From NCBI GenBank assembly GCA_021432655.1, contig MU271253.1, positions 1-64,000 on the forward strand: a stretch of 64,000 nucleotides of DNA. The letters run 5' to 3'. This document shows, piece by piece, positions 36,905 to 47,600 of the stretch. The first letter of the stretch is position 1, and every line of letters starts with the position of its first letter. The notes below the pieces were generated by a model. That model saw nothing but the letters and a program-made list of their open reading frames with translations, ran no database searches and was not told the DNA's origin. The translations under genes and the position numbers were made by a program. Origin of the DNA: Atractiella rhizophila (lineage: Eukaryota).

Positions 36905-39452
36905 TCACTCCTCCAATGCTTTCCTAGCTTTCACTTTCTCTCGCTCCTTCTTCCCCTTCCTCTTCTTTTTTGGTTCTTCAGCATCTCCCTCCCTCTTCCG
37001 CTTCCCCAACTTCGCGTCTCTCGATTCGGCTTCAGGATGGTAAGCTTTACCCCACTGCCGTGACTCCAATTTAGCCTTCAGGTCCTTTAGACGCCATTGG
37101 TATTTCTTCTTTGACCTCGAACGCTCCTCATCAAGCGAACGATAAGGTGCAAGCTTCTTCAAGCTCATCAGTTCGTTCAACTCTACGTCCGTCGCAAGCA
37201 TGATCTCTGCTGGTGTCAAAGAGTTGTCGACGTCTCGAACATCCACCGTGGCATACTCGAATTTCTTTGTCGGATCAACGACCTGTTTTTCAGTGTTAAC
37301 ATTATCACGCGCAAGATGAACACGAACAATGTGAGAGAACGGGTCCTTCTCCTCCTCCTCTTCCTCCTCCTCTCGACCTGCGGCAGCTTTTGCACGTTTC
37401 TTCTCCTTCCGCCGTTGATTCTGTTTTGCACGTTTTCCTTTCGGACCAGGGTTGGAAGGATCATACGCTTCATCTTCTTCGTAGTCTTCCTCGTCCTCAT
37501 TGTCGGCCACAGAAGGAGGAATGTCGGCCAGAATGTCGTCAATGTCGATATCATCGTCCCAAACAGGCTTCCCGTCTTCATCCTATCCCAGTCTCGGCAT
37601 TCTGCCATGGAAAAAATCGCGAGCATGACTTACAACAGCGCCATAAAAGTCATCCCCGTAGACCTTCTGCATCAACCTCTCATGTTCTTTCTCATCGAAG
37701 TCTCCTTCAAGGTCAAGCTGCTCCAAGTCCATCTCCCTCACACCCTTTCCAGCTTGCTCCTTAACGCGCTCAAGTTTCTTCTTCCTCTCCTCCTTCTCCA
37801 GCTCTTGCATTCGACGAAGTTCCTCCTCCTTCTCTTTCTTTCGCTCGGCCTTAGCATCTCGACCTCTTTTTCTAGCCAAAGTGTGTGCGGAAGGCTGTCG
37901 GACACTCATGTCAAGGGAACGAGCATGGGTCGCAAGGGATGCTCCTTCTCTACCCCAATCTGTCAATGTGCATCAAGTTGTACGGTAACGAACTTACTGT
38001 TCTTCGAATCGAAAGTTGTACTTGCTTTCAAAATCGTCTGCCCGATCCTCGAATTCGGAATCTCCATCCGCCAAAGTCTGGTCGAATCCTTCCGGGCCTG
38101 CGTCCGCTCCAATGACTTCGCCATAGCTGGGGATCTTCTTTCCCTTCTTCTTATCTATCCATCCACGATTGAGAACATATCTATCCCATCCAGTCAATCA
38201 GGTCGTCACAGACTGGTCGGTTGAGGGCATACGCTGCTAAAAAGTCTTCCCCTTCCTCAGCATCCCCACTCGTTATCTTCTTCAATCCCTCCGCCAACTG
38301 ACCCTTTTTCAACCCCAGACTTTTAGCGACAATCTTCTGAAATTCCTCATCGCTTTCTTCCTCTTGCCGCCTCTTCGAACCCTCCCGTCTAACTAAAAAT
38401 CCCCCATCGTCATCAGAGGAGGCATCGTGGAAAGCTCGTTTCGTCTCCTCCTGCAGTAAAACGGACTCTTCCGCCATGGTCAACGGCGTTTCGTCGGGAA
38501 CGGATCCACCTTTCGTTTTGAGGAGGGATTTGAGCTGGAACTCTTTGAGGTTGAGAGGCTTAGATGGTTTGGAGGATTTGGAGGATTTGGAGGTTGAAGG
38601 AACTTGAGTCGCGAGGGCCTCTTCCTCCTCTGTGTAATTCTCGTTGTTAGCGCGGATTCAAACGACATAGAACGTAATATTGCTGAGACGAAGTTCGCGC
38701 AAGCCGTCTGCTTAAAAATGGTAATGATGGGAGACGGAATAAACCGTGTAATACAGTTGTGTTAAGGAAGGCACTCAATGCGATGGAGGCAAGTAGCTCA
38801 TGAGTATCACAACTGATGAGTAAGTCATAGTATTCATCTTGTATAACAACATACTTGGGTTTGGAAAGAGCCACCTTAGCGAACTAATGCTGAACAGAAA
38901 TGTTCATGTTGAGATGATGGCGTCGTTGGGTCATGCGATCGAGCGCAGATGTTGATGAAGTCCCAAGCTATCATATTTCCCGCCTCATGTAGTTGCCATT
39001 GAAAGCTCATAGAGTTCTCTTCAAGTCGAGAGGAAAGCAGGGACGTCCTGAACATGTACGTAACTCTCTCTGAATGGAAGAAACACGACAAAGCCACAAC
39101 CTTTCACTTTCTGTTGCGCAAAAGAGAACGCACCTTCGAATACATTCCTGCCCTCCTCCACGCCTTGTCCTTCCCTAATCCTTTTCAAAGTCCTGAGAAC
39201 GGCCAAATCGACAGCAGGCGTCAAGAATTCAGCATCCTCGTCATCAGTAGACAAGTCTTCTTCGCTATCGCTCTCGTCATCAAGCGTAGCTCCCGGTCCA
39301 TACTTATCCTGCAGCTTCGACAGTTCCTCTCCCTTCTTCCGTGCTTCGTATTTTTCGGCAAAGGCAGCATTGATCTTGAACCCACTTTCCGGCTCGGAAT
39401 CTGAGTCTGACCCGCTCGAGGATGACGAAGAAAGGAGTTCTCGTGGCGCCAT
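36905..39452 (-). CDS. KRI1: Kri1, 40S ribosome biogenesis factor (Krr1-interacting)
   Basis: Motifs FKINAAFAEKYEARKKGEELSKLQDKYG, YVLNRGWID, DDFESKYNFRFEE, KPVWDDDIDIDDI, LTPAEIMLATDVELNELMSLKKLAPYR. Acidic/basic composition. Intron 1 is 504 nt. Confidence 0.95.
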
Positions 39453-40588
39453 TGTTGGACTCTTTCCAGCTGTATTGTCCCCTTTCGAAAGCTCAGCTGT
39501 ATCCTGGCGAGGCGGAAAATTTTGGTCGCTCTTGAGCAAGAAGAACCTGGCCCGAACTTTACTGCTTCGTCGGCTCCCCTCGGCTCCCCCGCGTCTCCGT
39601 CCGCTCCCTGCTTTTGCCAGCTCCGCTCCTTTCACAGTCCTTTGCACATACGGCAGGAGTTAGGCGTTCCCTCCATCACTACGTCGCCACCGTACGCACA
39701 GAAACTCGAGAACCGGCACTGGATCCTAACTGCTATCAGAATCGTGATATATATTCAGGGCAAAGTACGAGAGCAACCTATTTGCTACCGCGACTCAACT
39801 TGCGAGGATGTTGGCATTAAGTACGTATCTCCTATGATTTAGTTTCAAATGCCATCAAATTGTTTTGTGGTCAGTTACAACCAGTCGCCTTTCCGACTTA
39901 TCCTGAAGTCACACAATCCAGCCGCTTCTTCAATTCCATTCTCGAGTTGTATACGCGGAGAGCGTGATGTGCTCTCTCTAAATCTCTAGTTCAAGTTGTT
40001 ACACTACTGTGTCAGAGCAGTAATTTCACAGGCTCTGACAAAATCCCCATACAGTACATCAAAACCACTCCGTCAGTGGATTCGGGATTTCTTCTCCAGC
40101 ACCCACATTTGTTCCCAAAGCGCAGCAAGTCTAGATGAAATATCTTGGAGGTATTGATGAATAAGTCTCTTTTAGTTGTCTTTCCTCGTAAATACTTGTT
40201 TGTTCACGCACACATTGGCAAGGTCTAAGTTCCCTCAATTTTCGCCACTACCCGACTTATGAAAGAGTATCCCTTATGGAGGGCGGGGTCGTAGTGAACC
40301 GATGTGTACCCTGAACAAAGCCGTGTGATTGTTGATTGAAGCCTGCCCTGATGTCATTTATTATGTGCATTGAACGCAAAATTCCGCCCTTGGACTATTT
40401 AGGGCTTTTCTGAGCTTGAGTGGATCCCACTCAACATATAGAAGCCCACCTTTGGTTCTGGACGTTTCAATTCATTCCCTTGTTCCTTTGTTCATCGGGC
40501 ACACTTCACACCTCATACTTTTCTGCAAGAGACTTCACTAATTTGCAACTGAACCAATTCGTATTAGGAATATTCCGAACACTGCCTT

Positions 40589-42430
40589 TTGCTGGGGTTG
40601 TCCGCTCTCCGTCACACTGCGCCATCATCGCAAGGCTCAGACACAACCATACCAGTTCTGGGACTGAAGCTCAGCAGAATACAAACGCAGTTGAGCTCGA
40701 AGAAGAGAATGCGAAACCGTGAGCTTTATCAATCATCATGGCCTGAGACTAAACCCTCTCTCAGGAGTCCGAGCAGGATTGTGCGGAACAGACAACCGCG
40801 TATGTCCTCCCGCCAATCTCGAATAAAGTCTAATGTGTTACCACTACTAGCAACCATACACCGTCGCAACGAACTACTGTCTCAAAGGCAACGCGCACCG
40901 ACAACTTGGGCTGTTGACGAATCCTCGCAGCAGAGAAGTTTTCCCATCAAAGGCAAGTGAATTTGTCTAGTTACTTTGTAAGGACTTTGTGAAAGATTTA
41001 TTCAGATTATGAATTGACCAAGTCTCGGTGGCGGGAGGGTAAGAACAAAAACAGCTAGTACCTTCACAAACTTATATGGAAACAGGCCATAGACATCGAC
41101 GTCAACAACTAATAGAAGAACGTGCAGGGAAAGTAAAGGAATATCCTCATAAATGCCCCCATTGCGCCTTCCGTGTGAAGATTGCTGGTAACTTGAAAAT
41201 GTAAGATTGCATTGACATTCTATGCCAGAGCGCCAATCTCTCCGATGCAGACACATACGAATCGTTCATGATCGTGCTGTTTCACATCTTTGCTCCGGTT
41301 GTGGTCATGGTTTTTGTGAGCTTCTTCTCCTACAGCTCATTCATCTTTACTTAACGCTCCCTACAGCAACCGGGCGAACTGCACGAGTCCACCAAACAGG
41401 AATCACTGTGCCACCAGAGTGTCGAACTGGTCGGATTATCCCTGCTCCGAGCAACCAAATAAAAGCGAATTGGATCTGCTCCGGCTGCGAGGTGTCCTTC
41501 CGTATGTAGACCTTCTCGCTAGGATGGTGCTACGAATAACCTGTTTGCAGATTCGCAGAGTAAATATAAGCAGCATCAAAGCGAGAGCGCCTCTGAAGCT
41601 TGTAACACTGGACGATTCTATCACATTCCTTCGCTCAAGGAAAGATATACGATATCTCCTAGCGTCCGCAGGAAAATGAGGGACTCCCCGACCTGCTCGC
41701 TGTGCTCGGCCGTTTTTGCCAGCAAAGGAGGATTAACTCAGTGAGTTGCACGACCTGACATTAACACAAGAGCTGAAGAGTTGGGCGTAGGCATGTGCGT
41801 CGGATCCACGTAAAAGAGCGTACAATATGCTTGGGTTGTAAACAGGTGTTTGGTATGCGCTCTACCGTCTTAGTATGGATTCTACTCACTCTCTCAAAGC
41901 GGCGCAGCAGTCTGTCCAGGCCCATCAGAAGAAAGCACCTGCATGCACAGGCAAGCGGTGGTTCCATGTTCCGCCTCCAGGAGAGGGCGATCAGATACTC
42001 TGCCTATCCTGCGGCGAAATATGTGGTCAGTCCTTCTCCCGATTCCGCATCGTCTTTCCCGCTCATGGAAAGAGAGTCAACAGATGGCATGACGAGTTTT
42101 GAGTCGCATAAACCGGTTTCTCAAAAGTGTCAGGAGGCTGAGAGTTACTTTATTCCTGCAATAAGCGTGAGAGTTTCACATTACACTCTTGTGGGAGAGA
42201 AAGAGCGATTGACAGAGGATAACAGAATAGGACGCCTCATTAAACACATAGCTATCTCTGGGGCAAATGTCACGGTTTCAGACACTATTGTATCAGTCGA
42301 GGTTGATACCATCATAATTACATTGTTTGATTCAAGAAACGGGAATGGCGCATCTGAAGTCCAAGTCGAACATAGACGGCGCGAATGCGGCGTTGTCTTT
42401 GTTTCTCCCCTTGGAGGACTCAGTTCTTAA
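40589..42430 (+). CDS. Multi-C2H2 zinc-finger protein (ends approximate)
   Basis: Spliced fingers HKCPHCAFRVKIAGNLKI|HIRIVH, HLCSGCGHGF|..ARVH, WICSGCEVSF, TCSLCSAVFASKGGLTQ|HVRRIH and ICLGCKQVF. Introns interrupt the fingers. Confidence 0.75.
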
Positions 42431-42628
42431 GCTGTAAGAGTTGGATCCGGTGAGGCAGCTTAAGGATCATTTTTATCTCAGTTCGACAGTGAAGTCTGCC
42501 CAGAGAATAAACAACACTTGGTTGCTTTGTGTCTCGAGAATAACTATCTACAAAGATGATACATCTACATATGGGTCGGCATAATACAAGGTCGTATTCA
42601 CAAGGAGAGATCACAGTTAACACTAATT

Positions 42629-43292
42629 TTAGGCAGTAGCAGCCGCAACGCTACTTCCAGCAGAAGCATTGGCACCAGCAGCGGCATTCCTATTCCTCTT
42701 CTTCTGCTCCAGGATCGCAAAGCTCAGGACAACCATAGCCAGATTGTCGATATTAGAACAGATTGACGGGTCCATGATGTCGATGTTCATGTAGCGACTC
42801 TTGGAGGTAATGTAGTGTTTGCGATGGGATTCTGCGATTGTCTTTCCGTTCCGTTGGAGCTGATATCGAGGGCGATGTATCAGTCGGCGAAGGGAAAGGA
42901 GGGAGAAAGTACCCGAAGAGTTCCTCCAAACGATTCCTTCCACGTAGCTTCGGAGCCATCAGGGAGCCGCACCGTTGTAGACATCCTGCATCCCGTGCAC
43001 AATCAGAAGAGCATTGCAACGTAGTGAAGAAGTCTCACGAGAATTTACTGCCATGTAGCACATTCTTAAGTGGCATCTCGCTTCCACCTCTGAGGCTGAT
43101 CATGTCTTTCTTCAGCGAGTGCATCTTGACCTCAGCGAAGACCGTCTCCTTGTGGCCCTCCATGATCGTCATGGTACAATCACAGCCAGTGAATCCGCAG
43201 TGGGAGAGATTGAACAATGGCTTGCTAGTAGCGCTGTCGAGAACGGTTGCGGCGAAGGGTCGGTTGCGGTCGAAAGAAAGGTTCATCGTCAT
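42629..43292 (-). CDS. Small DUF6593/tubby-C-like protein (paralog B)
   Basis: MTMNLSFDRNRPFAATVLDSATSKPLF...ESHRKHYITSKSRYMNIDI...LAMVVLSFAILEQKKR, with an exon layout similar to 31791-32455. Confidence 0.75.
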
Positions 43293-43441
43293 CGTTCGTT
43301 AATATTTCGTTACTGTAAATTATTTCCTTGTTTCGGTTGAGTAGTTGGTTTAGCTGTTGGGTCTAGAAAAAGGAGACAGCAGTCTTTTGTAACCCAGCCA
43401 TCGGCATAGACGGGTCGACTTGGGAGGAAAATTACAGACCT

Positions 43442-43451
43442 ATGACATCAT
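43442..43451. promoter_or_regulatory. ATGACATCAT, CRE/ATF-like element upstream of paralog B
   Basis: 150 nt upstream of the ATG; identical to 32583-32592. Confidence 0.45.
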
Positions 43452-43641
43452 CCGAGAAACCACCAAGAGGGGGACTCGACAAGGCCGTACAGATGGGACT
43501 CATCATTGGTTACAAGCTTTGAGGCGACACGGTGTATGTTCCATGTACGTGAAGGATATGATATTTGCCTCAGAAGACGTTTAGAAAAGTGTTTCGCTGC
43601 AATTACTGAGATACGTCGTGATCCTTAGTAGGAAAGATGAT

Positions 43642-44343
43642 TCATTTCAGTTTTTTCTTCATAAACTTTCACCAAGAATGTCAACATGAGCATATGCCAC
43701 TGCGACCAAAGGCACTCACAGCGGCATTAACCCAGAATAATTTCTCCTCTTTTATGTCCCAATTCTGCCACGCCGGCCCCGTCTCATACGTCACGTAGCC
43801 TCTCCTACGATAATAATCCTCCATGCTAAACCGTGGTCGTTCCTTTCCGTTCCTCTTCCAAAAGTTGTCATCATTGAACTGCTCCGCAGACATCCCAACG
43901 ATAGTCATCCACTCAACATTCATTGGCTCCTCGATTGCAATTCTCTCCATCTCAAGGATAGCGAAAGAAGCGGCGCCAATACGTTGGAAGGATGGGAGGA
44001 CGAAGAGTGACTCTAATCGGGCAGAGGACGGCACGAATTCCTTGCTTGCAAAGTGGCCGGGGTCCTCCATTCGATTCCTTTCCACTGCTATGTGACCAAT
44101 GGGGAAGATCTCTCGACTTTGAGCGTCGCGGAGGGTGGTGACAGTCTCTGACGGCTCGGCTCTCTCTGCTGGCTTCGAGGTTGTTATCCAAAACATCACA
44201 CGATGACCTTGTTCCACCGCAGCCTTCCAAAGTGGAATGTCTTCATCTCCCCATCCACAGATTCGCCGTTGCCTTTGCAACTCCTCGATATGAGTTTGAG
44301 TTCCGAATTCAATAGGAACCAATATTAGTCGAACTCTGTCCAT
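43642..44343 (-). CDS. GNAT-family acetyltransferase
   Basis: QRRICGWG, IGHIAVE, motif A LESLFVLPSFQRIGAA and YYRRRGYV. A GTGAGT intron precedes the short last exon FMKKKLK*. Confidence 0.88.
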
Positions 44344-44691
44344 ATCGTCGCACTTCACGTCACAGTTGTCAGGCAGTAAGATGAGATGAAGGCTGATTGT
44401 CAGGCAGGACAGCTATTTGTAGTGATATTAAATTGTCGAAGCAATGTGACTCGACATTATTCTCGAGGATTGCTGACCAGTGATGACCATGCCGAAGTCC
44501 CGAAGGAATGTGAGGAAGCGTATGCTATTGAAAATGCGGTAAAGGATGATACAAATGTGAGATACTAAAGGATATCGCAAGTATACTACCCAGGCACCGT
44601 TGAAAGAAAAGTAATAGAGACAAGTGAGAACCTAGTTGAGAACAACAAGAACAGAGTCGTTAAAGGTCGTAAATTATGCAGCCCTCCTCCG

Positions 44692-47600
44692 TTACGGAGC
44701 GCTTATTTCAGACGGCGGAGGAGGAAGAATGTTTTCGGGTTTGATGAAAGGCATCGAATCCCGTTTGTCTTCACGGTCTACCTTCTCCATGGAATCTTCC
44801 TTCTTGGATTTCGTCTCAAACCCGAGCTTCTTCAGGCACATAGCGATGTCTTCTTTACTGACAGGTTTCTGCACCACCCCGGAGAAGACGGTGCCGCTTT
44901 CGCTGTGTTCGTGACCAGAGGAAGTCAAGGCGATGATGGGAGTGTTGGAGTTAGCATTCTTAGTGGCCTTAATCATACGCGCGGCATCATCCCCATCAAC
45001 TAAGCTTTAGTTAGCACAACCGCGAGACAAAGAAACAAGAGTACGCACTGATTGGCATCTGCATGTCCATGAAAATGACATCGAAGGTTACATCAGCCCC
45101 AGTTGCTACTCTCAGTGCCTCATCACCATTGGGGACCAAAACACAACGACATCCAAGCTTCGTTAGAATAGTCTGAAGGATTTGAGCGGAAATAGGATTG
45201 TCCTCAGCGATGAGAGTTTGGATCGCGCGTTCTCCCAAGGAGTTTTCTCGGTGCCGTGGAGAGTCAGCAGGAAGTAACTGCGTGGACGAGCCCATAACTT
45301 CTCCTGCTTTGCGGTCCTTTGTCTCTGCTTCAGTATCAGTCGCTTCGGACTCATGTTGAGGCTCGTCCTTCCACTCCTCAGGCGCTTTTTGTGAAATCGA
45401 AGCCTTACGAAGACGAGATGACAAAGAATTCCTCCTTGCGTGGTCCGCGAGAGAATCAAATTGAGAAGTGGATCTTTTGACTCTGTCAACAGGACGCATG
45501 TGCTCGGAAGGACGCCGCGAATGTCCACCCGCATGAGAAGTGGCACCGGTAAGCACTGACGAGGGAGTGGTCGGCTTAGAATGACTAGACGAAACCGAGG
45601 ATGTTGAGGTAGAGGGAGACGGTGGACCAGTCCCTGCCCCTTCCCTTTTGGGCTTCCCCACCAGTTGGCTGTGGCGGTTATGCGGCACTGCTTGCTCAAG
45701 ACCCAGAGCCGCGCTGAGGCCAACCATCTGGTCAGCACGCAATTTCTTGATGACATCGTCGTTTGCTTGCTTGAGAACTGGAAGATTTTTGAAATTGAAG
45801 GTGCCGAAATCATTGGCGACAGCAGGATCAGTTTCTGAGCGATCTCGAGGGACTGGTTTCTTTGTCGTCGCGACAACAGGTGCAGAACCCACTTGCGGCT
45901 CGTCTTCCTTGAGCAATTCACTATTATTGATGTCTTTGACCACCGCAACATCTTCGTCGTCAAATTGTTGGGCTGTCGCGCCACGGGTGTCGAAATAATC
46001 TGTAGACTCCTTGTCCTGAATAAAAGGAACAAAAAATTCGCCAGGACGCTCGAGGATATTTTCCCAGTCGACGTCAGAGAGCCACGGATGCTCCTTCACC
46101 TCTTCTGCGCCGTTCCGGCCAAGTCGACGTTTAGGATCAGAGCACATTAGGCGCTCCATAAAATCCCTAGCCTCGGAGGATAGTTCGCCTTCTGGTGTAG
46201 GTCCCCACTGTATTCGACCGGCAAGTATCTTCTCGAACACCTTTTCAGGAGTGTCGGCATGGAAAGGAGGGACACCATAGAGGAATCTACAACGGGGTAA
46301 GTGCACGAAAAGAACGAGAAGTATAAAGTAACAGACTCATAGGCTACGACACCAAGTGCCCACTGATGAGGGGTCGTTAGCCTGAAACATTACGCAAAGA
46401 GAAACGTACCCAATCGACACATTCGTCCATCCCGAGACCTAATATTGACTCTGGAGCTAGGTAGTCTGGAGTACCAACAAATTGCTTTGTAGTTGGGGGT
46501 GGACGCATGTTTGGTGCATTTGAATGAGGGCGTAGAGCAGTGTTCAAACCAGATTCGAACGAAATTCCGGGGCTTTCACTTGCACGCGGTATATTTGCCC
46601 ATCTAGACCTTCCTCCTGCGTCGGAGCTCTCTGATTCACTGGCGGCTGCAGAGTCCTCAATCGCTAGGAAGTTTCCAAAGTACGACTGCATCGATCCAAC
46701 ATTAGTTGCGGGAGTGGAACTCGGAGTAGAGATGTTGGAGACATCGATAGATGCTGACCGCGAGCTGCGTTGACGATGTCGCCCCCTCGCGTCCTTACCA
46801 CGCGTCGAGTATTGGCCACTAGGCATCCTGGTCTGTCGGCCCAGCAAACCAATTCGACTGAGACCAAAGTCAGTGAGCTTGAGATGCCCTTTAGAATCAA
46901 CAAGGAGATTTTCCGGTTTCACGTCCCTACAGAATACATCAACAAGAGCGTGGGAGATAGGAAAAAGTTACCGATGCACGATCCCGGATTGATGCAGACC
47001 CTCCAATCCCAATATAATTTCTGCAACGTAAGACTTGGCATGCGACTCCTCCATCGGTCCCATGTTTTTAAGGTAAGCACCACAGTCTCCTCCGCTGAGA
47101 TATTCCATAACCAGGTAGAGGTAATCCTTACTCTGGAATGTGTAGAAGAGCTTGACGACGAAGTCCGACTCAGCCTGATTCATCAGAATCATGCGCTCTG
47201 CCTTAACGTTTGTCACTTGATTTTTCGCTATCATATCTGATTTCTTAAGGACCTTAATTGCGTAATAGTCGCCTGTAGTCTTCTTCTTAGCAAGATAGAC
47301 ATCTGGAGCTAGGTAGTCTGGAGTACCAACAAATTGCTTTGTAGTTGGGGGTGGACGCATGTTTGGTGCATTTGAATGAGGGCGTAGAGCAGTGTTCAAA
47401 CCAGATTCGAACGAAATTCCGGGGCTTTCACTTGCACGCGGTATATTTGCCCATCTAGACCTTCCTCCTGCGTCGGAGCTCTCTGATTCGCTGGCGGCTG
47501 CAGAGTCCTCAATCGCTAGGAAGTTTCCAAAATACGACTGCATCGATCCAACATTAGTTGCGGGAGTGGAACTCGGAGTAGAGATGTTGGAGACATCGAT

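Noticed and set aside
37316..38224. 302-aa plus-strand ORF and similar antisense ORFs over RIM15, the ABC gene and the Cys-rich gene
   Set aside because: Shadow frames of real genes on the opposite strand.
38812..38870. CTGATGAG...GAAA hammerhead-like core
   Set aside because: Stem II and the flanking helices cannot be paired.
38953..39051. TGATGA...CTGA C/D-like pair on the plus strand
   Set aside because: Antisense to KRI1, so not an intron-processed snoRNA; no rRNA guide recognised.
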